Of a stretch of 64,000 bases of DNA, positions 1-9,325 are shown one piece after another (the stretch's first letter is position 1; each line of letters starts with the position of its first letter). Source of the stretch: Gammaproteobacteria bacterium (GTDB lineage: Bacteria; Pseudomonadota; Gammaproteobacteria; Ga0077536); NCBI GenBank assembly GCA_009692265.1, contig SHZM01000001.1:19363-83362 (forward strand), read 5' to 3'. A program made the position numbers and the translations under genes. Under the pieces are notes generated by a model. That model was not told the DNA's origin. It searched no databases and saw only the letters and a list, made by a program, of their open reading frames with translations.

Positions 1-1033
1 AATTGTTCGTCGGGACGTTCGCGATGCGCGCTTGTTCCGATTTCGTCAGTTTTACTTCGAGTGCCGCCACGATTTTCCGGGTGACTTCGTCCTGTACCGC
101 GAAGATATCTTCCAGCTCACGATCGTAGCGCTCGGACCATAGGTGATAATTCGTCGTGGCGTCGATCAGCTGCGCGGTAATTCGCACCCGCGAATTCGCT
201 TTGCGCACACTGCCTTCCAGCAGATAACGCACGCCAAGCTCCTTGCTGATGGCTTCGGGGCGCACCGTGTTGCCTTTGTACATGAACGCCGAGTTACGCG
301 AGATCACGAACAAGCCGGAGACCTTGGACAGATCGGTGATTAAATCTTCGGTGATACCTTCGCTGAAATATTCCTGCTCGGCATCTCCGCTGAGATTCAA
401 AAACGGCAACACCACGATCGAGGGTTTATCGGGTAGCGCCAACGCGGGAGCGGGGTGGGCCTCGGTCCAAGCCGGGGAGGAAGCGAGGACGACTCGATAC
501 ACGCGGACAGGGCGCGCGATGTTCTTGACCGTTTGCTCACCGAGATCGGTGTAGCTCAAGGTCAGCTTGTTTTCGACTTGCTCATGCACTGCTCCGGAAA
601 TGCGAATCCCGCCGCCGTCGGCCAGGCTCTCCAGGCGCGCCGCGATATTCACGCCGTCGCCATATATACGCTCGCCTTCGACCACCACATCGCCGAGATT
701 AATGCCGATCCGGTACTCCATTCGTTGCGCGACCGGAAGTTCCGCATTCTGCAAGTGAAGATCGTCTTGAATAGCGACGGCGCCCTGCAGCGCATCGACC
801 GCGCTACCAAAGTCCGCCAGTAAATTGTCCCCCGGAGAATCGACGACCCGCCCACGATGCTGCGCGATCAACCCGGTCATTCGTTCGCGATAAGCCGACA
901 GCCGGCGAATAGTCGCGACTTCATCGGTGCTCATCAAACGGCTATACCCTTTGACGTCGGCACTCAAAATCGCGGCCAACTTGCGGATCACCGGCGCGGC
1001 GCTCACTGGATCCTTGGCGTCTGAATCGCTCAT
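1..1033 (-). CDS. Class III adenylate/guanylate cyclase (CHD domain) with a C-terminal TolB-like/TPR-type extension. The 3' end runs off the window.
   Basis: ATG at 1033..1031. Translation MSDSDAKDPV...ILSADVKGYSRLM...GDGVNIAARLE is a typical cyclase homology domain. The downstream LPFLNLSGD...EDLITDLSK module is as seen in cya-type multidomain cyclases. No stop before coordinate 1. Confidence 0.8.
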   Translation of the reverse strand, partial: MSDSDAKDPVSAAPVIRKLAAILSADVKGYSRLMSTDEVATIRRLSAYRERMTGLIAQHRGRVVDSPGDNLLADFGSAVDALQGAVAIQDDLHLQNAELPVAQRMEYRIGINLGDVVVEGERIYGDGVNIAARLESLADGGGIRISGAVHEQVENKLTLSYTDLGEQTVKNIARPVRVYRVVLASSPAWTEAHPAPALALPDKPSIVVLPFLNLSGDAEQEYFSEGITEDLITDLSKVSGLFVISRNSAFMYKGNTVRPEAISKELGVRYLLEGSVRKANSRVRITAQLIDATTNYHLWSERYDRELEDIFAVQDEVTRKIVAALEVKLTKSEQARIANVPTNN

Positions 1034-1039
1034 GGCAGA

Positions 1040-2050
1040 TTAGCGTGAGACCAGAATCTCGCGTGCGCGTTCAAACATTGCGGACAGGCACAGCCCCATG
1101 TTCTCCCAAATCGGATCGTGCCGCTGGCCGCGGCGGTGGAGCTTCACGTTGAGACAGCCGATGCTGGCGAGCCTGAAACCGGCGAAGGCCTGATACCACG
1201 GGAGTTCCGCGTACGTGTGACCCATGCCGCGCTCATAGATATCGCGGATCTCCGCCACCGATGGCGGATAAATCGAGCGCCACGAATCCACCCAATTGGC
1301 TTGATCGGCGCTCATCATCAACCACCCGATATCGAGCAGCGAATCCCCGATCCCGGAGATTTCCCAATCGATCACACCAGTGAGTTTACCCGCGTCATAC
1401 AACACGTTTCCAGGCTGATAATCGCCGTGATAGAGCCCGATCGGCGCACTCGTTGGCATCGACGCGAGTAATAACGCTTCCACCACGGCCGCCTGTTCCG
1501 CCCACCGCGGTTCGGGTGCCTGCCGATAAATCCGCTGCCAGCGCGTGATCTGCTCCAATAATGGTTCCGGCGCTTGCCAATTCGCAAGGTGAGTTTGCCA
1601 ATCGAATTGATGAAAGCGCGGCAAGACTTCCACGGCTTGCCGCCACAGCGGCTCCGCGGCTCGTGGCGTGCGCTCGAAACTCGGCAGGGGATCCCACACA
1701 AAGTAGGTCTGGCCCGGCAACCGCTCCATCACGATGAAGGGGACACCGAACGCGGTTTCGTCCGCGTCGGCCCACGGCACTTTAGGCACTGGGAGATCCG
1801 CCGCACGCAACGCGCGCAATAGCGGCGCCTGGCGATAAACATCCGTATTGCCGCGACGCGCAACGCCTTTCGGTGGGATCTTCAGAACATAGCGTCCCGC
1901 ACTCGCCTGCGTGCCTTTCACTCGCGTTTCGAACAGGAATGTAAGCCCGGCATGCCCATCGGAATCGCTGATCGCGGCGAGTTCAAACTCCGCGCCGATT
2001 CGCGTTTGGATGAAGGATTCTAGATTGGATTGGAGTTCGTCAGTCACCAT
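1040..2050 (-). CDS. Phosphotransferase (aminoglycoside phosphotransferase/APH-like) family protein
   Basis: 336 aa ORF. Has the HGDYQPGNVLYD...IDWE motif characteristic of the APH/choline-kinase fold. Confidence 0.75.
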   Translation of the reverse strand: MVTDELQSNLESFIQTRIGAEFELAAISDSDGHAGLTFLFETRVKGTQASAGRYVLKIPPKGVARRGNTDVYRQAPLLRALRAADLPVPKVPWADADETAFGVPFIVMERLPGQTYFVWDPLPSFERTPRAAEPLWRQAVEVLPRFHQFDWQTHLANWQAPEPLLEQITRWQRIYRQAPEPRWAEQAAVVEALLLASMPTSAPIGLYHGDYQPGNVLYDAGKLTGVIDWEISGIGDSLLDIGWLMMSADQANWVDSWRSIYPPSVAEIRDIYERGMGHTYAELPWYQAFAGFRLASIGCLNVKLHRRGQRHDPIWENMGLCLSAMFERAREILVSR

Positions 2051-2086
2051 GCCGGTTCACACCCCATACTCCGGTTTGCGCGAAAA

Positions 2087-2623
2087 TCACTTCTCACTGC
2101 CGGAAAACAGCGCTGGTGCTTGTTGACCCGCCTTGGCGTCTTTCGTCCAGTAGCGTTTAGCCCATATCCCTTGGTACTTTTCATCGGTTAACGGCATGCG
2201 CCAGGTTTTTACTTCGGCGTCGGCGAGCACGACGGCGCACAGCGCGCGCGGCTGATCGTCGGTAATGTCCACATAATCATTCGCGTCTTTCTTGGCGAGA
2301 TAGCGCTGTGAGATCCGACGATAGCGGTCGCGCCAGAGATCATCGTTGCCAACCTCGTGTTCAATCGTCGCGCGGCCTTGCACAATGACTTTGCGGTACG
2401 GCAATCCGAGCTCATCGATGCATAACGCCACGCGCGAGTCGCGCCGGATATTGGCCAACCACTCGGAATGCTGCCGGGGGGTGAACCAAATCTTGCCTTC
2501 CTCAAACACATACCAAATGGGACACACGGCCGGCCAGCCGTCGCTATCCAAGGTGGCAATATCCATCAGGAGACCTGTTTCGTTCAAAAACTGCGTAATT
2601 TCGGTGTCAGTGAGTTTGGGCAT
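2087..2623 (-). CDS. Pyridoxamine 5'-phosphate oxidase-fold (PNPOx-like FMN/F420 split-barrel) protein
   Basis: 178 aa. The N-terminal half has the PNPOx-like pattern (TEITQFLNETGLLMDIATLDSDGWPAVCPIWYVF..G.IWFTP). Confidence 0.6.
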   Translation of the reverse strand: MPKLTDTEITQFLNETGLLMDIATLDSDGWPAVCPIWYVFEEGKIWFTPRQHSEWLANIRRDSRVALCIDELGLPYRKVIVQGRATIEHEVGNDDLWRDRYRRISQRYLAKKDANDYVDITDDQPRALCAVVLADAEVKTWRMPLTDEKYQGIWAKRYWTKDAKAGQQAPALFSGSEK

Positions 2624-2690
2624 GGGGATTCTCCTAAGTCAAAGTTCAGGTGCCATAATACCTGGACATCCATCACCTCGGAGCACCTCT

Positions 2691-3134
2691 ATGCTCGATC
2701 GCAAATTCGTTGGCTATACCTCGCCGCCTTGCACTTTGGAGGTCGAAAAAGGCCGGCTGCGCATGTTCGCCCACGCCATCGGCCAAACCGATCCGGTGTA
2801 TTGCGATGAAGCTGCGGCCCAGGCCAGGGGTTACCCTTCGTTACCGGTGCCGCCGACATTTCTATTTTGTTTGGAAATGGATCGACCCGATCCCTACGGC
2901 TGGTTCGACGACGTCGGCATTCCTCTGCCAGAAGTTTTGCACGCCGAGCAAGCGTTCACCTACCATCGGATGGCTTACGCCGGCGATCGCCTCACCTTCC
3001 ATGCGGAGATCACGGACATCTATGCGAAGAAAAATGGACTGCTGGAATTCGTCGTGCAGCTTAATCGCATTACTAACCAGCACGAGGAGCCGGTCGCGGA
3101 ATTTACGCGCACCCTCGTCATTCGCCATGGTTAA
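2691..3134 (+). CDS. MaoC-like dehydratase, N-terminal (FAS1-type/HadA-like) subunit
   Basis: ATG at 2691 after GGAG. The 147 aa protein (FVGYTSPP...DPVYCDEAAA) resembles the N-terminal hot-dog half of two-component (3R)-hydroxyacyl dehydratases. The longer ORF starting at 2346 overlaps the upstream divergent gene and was rejected. Confidence 0.65.
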   Translation: MLDRKFVGYTSPPCTLEVEKGRLRMFAHAIGQTDPVYCDEAAAQARGYPSLPVPPTFLFCLEMDRPDPYGWFDDVGIPLPEVLHAEQAFTYHRMAYAGDRLTFHAEITDIYAKKNGLLEFVVQLNRITNQHEEPVAEFTRTLVIRHG

Positions 3135-3144
3135 GGAATCGCAA

Positions 3145-3564
3145 ATGCCCAACCCCGGTTTCGCCTCCGTTCAAGTCGGGGATTCATTGCCAGCCTTGAC
3201 CGCAAAGCCACTCACTCGCCAAACCCTCGCGGTGTACTGCGGTGCTTCCGGCGATCACAATCCGGTACATGTGGACAGTGATTTCGCGCGCGCGGCCGGG
3301 CTCGATGACGTGATCGCGCACGGCATGCTCATCATGAGCTATATGAGTCGCACCTTGACCGACTGGGTGCCGCAGAACCGCGTCCGTAGCTTCAATACGC
3401 GCTTCATGGCGATCACCCACATCGGCGATGAAATCACTTGCACCGCGAAGGTCGTTGAAAAATTCACCCGCGACGCAGAGAACCTTGTCCGCATCGCGAT
3501 CGCGGCAGCGGATCAACGCGGGGAAGTGAAGACACAGGGCGAGGCATTGATCGCACTGCCCTGA
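3145..3564 (+). CDS. MaoC family dehydratase (HadB-like catalytic subunit)
   Basis: 139 aa. Has the hot-dog motif GDHNPVHVDSDFARAAG...IAHGM. It starts 10 nt after the previous CDS, so the two look like a coupled pair. Confidence 0.75.
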   Translation: MPNPGFASVQVGDSLPALTAKPLTRQTLAVYCGASGDHNPVHVDSDFARAAGLDDVIAHGMLIMSYMSRTLTDWVPQNRVRSFNTRFMAITHIGDEITCTAKVVEKFTRDAENLVRIAIAAADQRGEVKTQGEALIALP

Positions 3565-3588
3565 GGGAATAACAGCGGGAGGGATCGC

Positions 3589-4428
3589 ATGGACAGCAAC
3601 GTGATCACGGACAAGACCATTGGCCAATACCTGATAGATCGCCTGTGCGAAGCCGGTGCCCGTCACTGCTTCGGGGTACCGGGTGATTACATCCTCGGGT
3701 TTTATGATCTGATGGTCCACAGCCAGCTCACCCATATTGACACGACCCGTGAAGACACCGCCGCGTTTGCCGCCGATGGTTATGCCCGGTTATAAGGCTT
3801 GGGCGCGCTCGCCGTAACCTATGGAGTCGGCGCGTTGAACGTCGTGAACGCAGTCGCGGGTGCCTACGCCGAGAATTCGCCGGTGGTAGTGATCAGCGGT
3901 GCGCCCGGCGTTAGCGAAGCCGCCAACGATCCATTACTGCATCATCGCTTCGGGCCGTTCTCATTCCAGCGCGAAATTTTTCAACGCATTACCTGTGCCC
4001 AAGCAGTCTTGGACGATCCGTTGATCGCATTCCGACAAATCGATCGCACCTTGGCCGCCGCCCGGCGGCAGCGATTGCCGGTTTATATTGAGTTACCGCG
4101 TGATCAGGTCCGTGTAGCGGGCTACCCGGTACCGGTGGAGGCCGAGGTGGAGGCGGGTTCCGATCCGGCGACGTTGCGCGAAGCAGTGGATGAATGCTGT
4201 GCCCTATTGGAGAAATGCCAAACGCCGGTCCTGATTGCGGGCCAGGAACTGCATCGCCGCGGCTTGCAAGACGCCCTCATTGAGTTCGTCACGCGCACCA
4301 ACATTCCAACTGCCGCAACCCTGACCGGGAAATCGGTCATTGGCGAACGACATCCGTCGTACCTTGGGGTATATGAAGGCGCGATGAGTTCCGCCGCATC
4401 GCCAAAAAGCTGTTGCTTGATCTCGTAG
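3589..4428 (+). pseudogene. Indolepyruvate/phenylpyruvate decarboxylase family (TPP enzyme) remnant. It has an in-frame TAA at 3793..3795 and is truncated after about 277 of the roughly 550 expected codons.
   Basis: The translation matches the IPDC/PDC N-terminal and middle domains (FGVPGDY...ADGYARL*GLGALAVTYGVGALN...HHRFGP). The stop sits where the family has K/N. Homology ends near 4395-4400, where the antisense of the repeat-protein gene begins. Confidence 0.7.
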
Positions 4429-7334
4429 GTGTTGAAACCAGGTGTGCCGCTAACAGTGTTGTAGTCCGCGTACACCACCACGTAATTGCCCTGGCCGAGA
4501 TCCGCGATTGCGGGGCGATACTCGGTGCCATCAGTGCTCGACAGCAGCTTGCGTTGGCCATCGATCGCGACTCCGGCCGAGGTGTGTTCACGGATGTAGA
4601 CATCCGTGGTCGTGCCGACGTTTGGGATCACATCGTAGTTGTCGTTGTACCAGGTCACGACGAAGCCGCCGGTGGAGAGCGCCGTCACGTCTGGCTGGTA
4701 TTGACCGCCGATGGTCGACTCGTTGACCAGGAACTCGCCGCCGAGCTTGGCACCCGCCGCGGTGAAGCGCTGCCCGATTACCGCCTGACCGCTGTTGTCG
4801 CTGGCATCATTACCATCCGACGGCCATACCACCACGAACGTGCCGTCCGCCAGCACCGCGACGTTCGACACGTACTCGCCATTGTTCGCAATACTCTGGT
4901 TTCCCACCGTGGTGGTGTTGACCAGGAAGGTGTCGCCAAAGGTCCCACCCGCCGCGTTGAAGATCCGGCCATACACGCCGTGGCCCGCGCCGTCGTTACC
5001 GCCCTCGTCGGACCATACGATGATGAGATTGCCGTTCGCGAACGCCGCTATATCCGGGGTGTACTGGTTGCCGGTTTGGGGGTTTACCGTGCCGAGAATA
5101 TTGCTAATCCGGGTCTCGACCGTGACCACGGCCCCCGCGTTGTCGTAACGCTTCAAGTAGATGTCGTGGCTGCTACCGTCCGGATTCGTGTTTGACGACC
5201 ACACCGCCGCAAAGCCGCCCGCGTAGCCCGCGACATTGGTGTGGAACTGGTTATTGCTGGTGAACGTGTTGACCAGGAAGTTCCCACCCTGCGCCACGCC
5301 GCTCGCGTTGTAGCGCTGACCATACGCGCCGTAGGACGAACCATCGTTCAGATTGTCCTGTCACGCGACGACATAGCCGCCATCGGAGAGGCTCGCGAGC
5401 TGCGGGTAGTTCTGAATTCCGTTGGTCAGACTATTGACCCGGAATTCAGCGCCTAGCGCGAGACCCTGCGCGGTAAAACGCTGGACGTAGACGCCTTCCT
5501 GATTGCCGTCCTGGTCATCCGAATTCCAGGCCACGACATAACTGCCATCCGTTAAGGTTGCCACCGTCGGATAGGTCTGTTCAGCTGGCGTGTACGTGGT
5601 GACCTGGCTCTCACCGTAGACTACCGGTGCGCCATCCAGTTCCTTGGTGATATTCACCGTCAAGGTGCTGGCATCGCTGACTCCGCCGTCGCCGTCGCTG
5701 ACCCGTAGGCCCAGGGTCCGGCTAGCCAGCGGACTGGACGATGAATTGCCATAACCCAGGCGTTGCAGCGGGGCCTCGACCGCATCCACCGTCGCATTCG
5801 CATTCAACGTGATCGTGAGGCTCGCGCCGTTGACCCCGCCGGCGATTGTGCCGATCGTCGTACCGCCAAAACTGACATTCGCGCCCGCCACCCCGATCTG
5901 GCCAAAGCCGTTGCCCTGATGGACTACGCCGAGTTGGTCGTCGGTATTATTCGCGCCCTGTACGAAGAACAACTGCACCTGGCCGCCGTCGAAGTTCGCC
6001 GAATCCAGATCCGCGACGCTGACCGCGGAATCGAGCACTTGCAGGCTCGCGTTGACCAGGTTCTCGCCGAAGGTGACCACCCCGGCGAAGTCCCCGACGT
6101 CTGGGTTGGCTTGACGGGGTAGTTCGGCGGCAGTGCCGAACAATTGCTGGAAGATGCCTGCCGCAGAGCCGTCCTGCGGTTGATCAGAGCGCCACACCAC
6201 CACATAGTTATCGCTGCCGATGTGCGCGATCGCGGGCTCGTATTGAGCCCCGGAGGGCGTCCCCGTATCGGCCTTAAGTTGGCCACCCAGCGCGTTCCCG
6301 CTGGCGTCATATTCGCGAACGTAGACGTCGGCGGTGGTGCCTACCCCTTGAACCACGCCGTAGTTATCGTTGTACCAGGTGACAACAAAGCCGCCATTCG
6401 CCAAGGCTTCCACATCGGGCTGGTACTGGCCGCCGGTCGTCGATTCATTGACCCGAAATTCGCCGCCATCTAGCGCACCGGCTGCCGTATAACGCTGACC
6501 GTAGACCCCGGCACTGGACCCGTCTTGGTTATCGGAGCGCCAGACCACGACAAATCCGCCACCGGTGAGAAGCGCGACCTTCGGTTCGTACTGGGGACCC
6601 GTGACGAATGTATTGACGCGGAATTCGTTGACCCCGCCGGTGAGGATGGGCGTCCCCGTGGCGTCATAGCGCTGGGCGTAGACGCCATCGGTCCCGCTAT
6701 CTTGGGACTGCGATCGCCACACCACCACAAAGCTGCCGTCTGCGGCGGTTGCTACATCGGATTCAGTTTGGTAGTTGGCGAGGGTGGTATTAACCCGGAA
6801 TTCGTTGAGGCCATTGGTGAGCACCTGGACACCGGCATTGGTGTAGCGCTGCGCGTAAATGCCGTAGGAGCTGCTGGCCGCGTCCTGGAAGGAACTCCAG
6901 GTAACGATGAAGCCGCCGTTGTACGCACTGATGGCCGGTTCGTACTGGGTACTGGCGGTGATGGTGTTGACTCTGAACTGACTGCCCTGGGGCAGCGCGT
7001 TGGCGTCGTAGGCTTGCGCGTAGACCCCGTAGGAACTGCCGTCATTCGCGACTTGATCGGTCCACGTAATGACGAAGCCGCCGTTTGAGCGCCCGGTGAT
7101 AGTCGGTAGATACTGCGTGCCACCTGCAGTGCTATTAACCCGAAACTCCGGGCCGGTGGCGATGCCGCTCACCGTAAAGCGCTGCGCGTAGATGCCGTAG
7201 CTACCATCCGGATCCTGAACCTGGGAGATCCAGGTCACCACATACCCGCCCCCTGAGAGCGCCGCAACCGCGGGGTCATATTGGTTGCTATTGAAATAGG
7301 TATTGACTTGGTCTTCGTTATAGACGGCAACCAT
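4122..7334 (-). pseudogene. Giant tandem-repeat (about 47-aa repeats, likely extracellular) protein gene. It is interrupted by an in-frame TGA at 5361..5363, and its 3' end is lost: the frame reads into antisense of the IPDC-like remnant below about 4400.
   Basis: ORFs 5361..7334 and 4122..5297 are in the same frame (7334-5297 = 2037 = 679x3). The TGA replaces the Trp of the repeat consensus GG(F/Y)VV(T/V/A)W. About 15 repeats fit EFRVN.T..GxQ..P.V..L..GGFVVxWxS...DGS..GVYAQRY. The final stretch below 4400 has no repeat signature. Confidence 0.7.
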
Positions 7335-7859
7335 GGCGATCTCCCTGAGTGTTAAAACGGCGTGCTGCGTTCAATCCGGCGCAGGCCAGTATGCAAACGG
7401 TTGGTGAAGGTGGCGTGACGAGCTTACGGGAGACATGCGCGCCCGTGACGGTAATGGGTCTCGTTTGCGACCGTGCCTGAAAGTTGGATAGCCTTAGTGA
7501 TCGAGTACGAGTCACTATTCCTCCAAATTATTGGTTCTTCGATTCCTCCGGAATGTTCACGCGAATAGCATTCCGGGCAGCAGCGAACGCCGCGAAGGCG
7601 GAGTTCCGCGATAACCTATGCAAGACCAACGCCAGTCCGAGCGGGACGGAATTTTTCACCGAAAATCATAGGGTTAGCGAGAGCCCGAAATTTGTTTCAA
7701 AACGAGTTGTAAAAATCATGGACACGGAAGCCTGCGGGCGGGTTTCATCGGTGATCGCAAGCGACGAGTTTTTTTAGACGCTTCAAAGGGTTGGTGAAAG
7801 ATGCTCGGCAATAGCGGGCATATTACCGAGTCTATGATTTTTACAAGGATGTGGGTGAA

Positions 7860-7905
7860 TCCATCCTCCCCCTTTGCGAAGGGGGACTGAGGGGGATTTT
7901 CTTTC
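7860..7905 (-). repeat. REP/MITE-like GC-rich hairpin element (copy A, reverse orientation)
   Basis: Its reverse complement AAGAAAATCCCCCTCAGTCCCCCTTCGCAAAGGGGGAGGA shares a 25-nt identical core with copies at 10894 and 19254. It lies immediately 3' of the M14 gene that ends at 7907. Confidence 0.75.
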
Positions 7906-7906
7906 G

Positions 7907-9325
7907 TTACTCCACCTCGTCATAAATAAACAATGGGCCTTCGAGCAAACGACCGAAGGGGCGATAGCGAAACACGCTGCTCGCGGCACGCGGATCCAGC
8001 AGGAGTGGAATTATCCTTCGGCTCGGTTGCGCCAGAGGTATTCGCAGGGTACCTGGGTCGAGCACAACCTTGCCTGCCCACGGTTGCCAAGGCGAAGCGG
8101 CCTCCTCGGGTGAAATCCCTTTTGGGAACACTCGTGTCTGCACGCTTCGTCGCTCCGCGCGCGAAATAGTTTCGAATTTGATCCCGTGTCGTGCCAACAC
8201 CGCGCCGAACAAATTCACATGCGCGTTGATGACATACGCAGGCGGCAGGACAACCAGATCTTCGATCACGCAGGCACGGTGATCGGCAAACTGCCTCTCG
8301 ACTAACTCTCCAGTCGCATGCCGACGTAGCGGTATGCTGAGTTCCGGCATGTTTACGTTCGGCACGAAACGCGCGTTTAACGGGAGTTCACTTGGCACCT
8401 CACCGGCCGCGAGCTTAAGGACTTCTCTGATTTGCACTGCGCGTTCACTCACACAGGCCAAAAACACCTGCAAACACAGACGCTGCTTATCGACTCGCAC
8501 GCCGATATTGCGGTAGGTCGGATAGTGGCCCGCTTTGGGTTCCATCGGCGTTTCGAGCAGGATAGTCAGCGGCCCGCGGATCCCCGCTTTATTGCGGAAC
8601 TTGCGGATCGTGAAGCCGCCATGGGTGAGCGGTTGAGTGAGCGAGGTAATCTCACGGATATAACGCTGGGCGCGTAAGCCGCGCTGCGTAACACCTGCGA
8701 TTAAGGCCGGAAGTAACGTGCTTTCCAGATAGCGGCGGTTCACCGCCGGAATTGCCGGTGTATTCGCCACATCGAACTGCGCTTCGAAATCCGTCAAGTA
8801 ACCTTCGCGACCTAAAGTCTTGCTCTTGTAACTCGCCGACTCATGCGCATCGAGGATGACATCGGGCGCGAAATCGATCACCGCCGCATCGAGTGCGCAA
8901 CTCTCGGGCTGCGTCAGTAAGACATAGTCGCGATTGAGATTGACGTCGTTGCCGTTCTTGCTTGAATCGAGATCACGGCCGTCGGGGTTCGCGTTGGGAA
9001 TGAAGATCAGTTCCAGATCCTCAAGCAGTTCGCGCCGCTCGCCGAGCAGCACGTCGCGTGCGAGAAATAATAGCGCTTCACAGCCCGCCGCTTCCGAAGC
9101 GCCATGTTGCGAGCCGACCAGCATGACTCGCAGTTTCGCGGTGCGAAGCGGCTGCGCGCAAATCAAGGCCTGGAGTGGACGCCCCTGGGCTGAGCGCCCA
9201 AGGGTTTGCAGACGGGCAACCTTCGGCGCAAGCGCCGCGAGTTGTGCCAAATAGGCCGCGACGTCAGCCGAACTCGAATACGCCTGGAAACGCTGCGTTT
9301 CGAGCGGCGTCGGCGGTAGCTTCAC
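7907..9325 (-). CDS. M14 family zinc metallocarboxypeptidase (paralog 1, no signal peptide)
   Basis: 472 aa. M14 motifs present: GSQHGASEAAG (HxxE zinc site), IPNANPDGR, NLNRDY, DAHESAS, LETPME. The GTG start at 9325 overlaps the stop of the upstream paralog (GTGA). Confidence 0.75.
   Translation of the reverse strand: MKLPPTPLETQRFQAYSSSADVAAYLAQLAALAPKVARLQTLGRSAQGRPLQALICAQPLRTAKLRVMLVGSQHGASEAAGCEALLFLARDVLLGERRELLEDLELIFIPNANPDGRDLDSSKNGNDVNLNRDYVLLTQPESCALDAAVIDFAPDVILDAHESASYKSKTLGREGYLTDFEAQFDVANTPAIPAVNRRYLESTLLPALIAGVTQRGLRAQRYIREITSLTQPLTHGGFTIRKFRNKAGIRGPLTILLETPMEPKAGHYPTYRNIGVRVDKQRLCLQVFLACVSERAVQIREVLKLAAGEVPSELPLNARFVPNVNMPELSIPLRRHATGELVERQFADHRACVIEDLVVLPPAYVINAHVNLFGAVLARHGIKFETISRAERRSVQTRVFPKGISPEEAASPWQPWAGKVVLDPGTLRIPLAQPSRRIIPLLLDPRAASSVFRYRPFGRLLEGPLFIYDEVE

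Noticed and set aside
5361-5363. TGA as possible selenocysteine or programmed recoding
   Set aside because: It aligns with the invariant Trp of the repeat consensus (GGYVVAW), so a simple TGG to TGA change explains it. The gene is also 3'-truncated. No SECIS-like context is evident.
4413-7088. Numerous 60-260-aa ORFs on the plus strand inside the repeat-protein gene (e.g. 4413..5195, 5763..6122, 6144..6473, 6525..7088)
   Set aside because: These are antisense reading frames through GC-rich, repetitive coding DNA. They have no start context and their composition is typical of shadow ORFs. The minus-strand frame carries the coherent repeat protein.
5361-7334. Tandem repeats as a possible CRISPR array
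   Set aside because: The repeat period is about 141 bp, with divergent protein-coding units inside one long ORF. There is no short identical direct repeat/spacer architecture and no cas genes.
7484-7777. 97-aa ORF in the low-GC intergenic region upstream of the repeat gene
   Set aside because: No recognisable family, no RBS, and atypical composition. More likely non-coding regulatory or remnant DNA.
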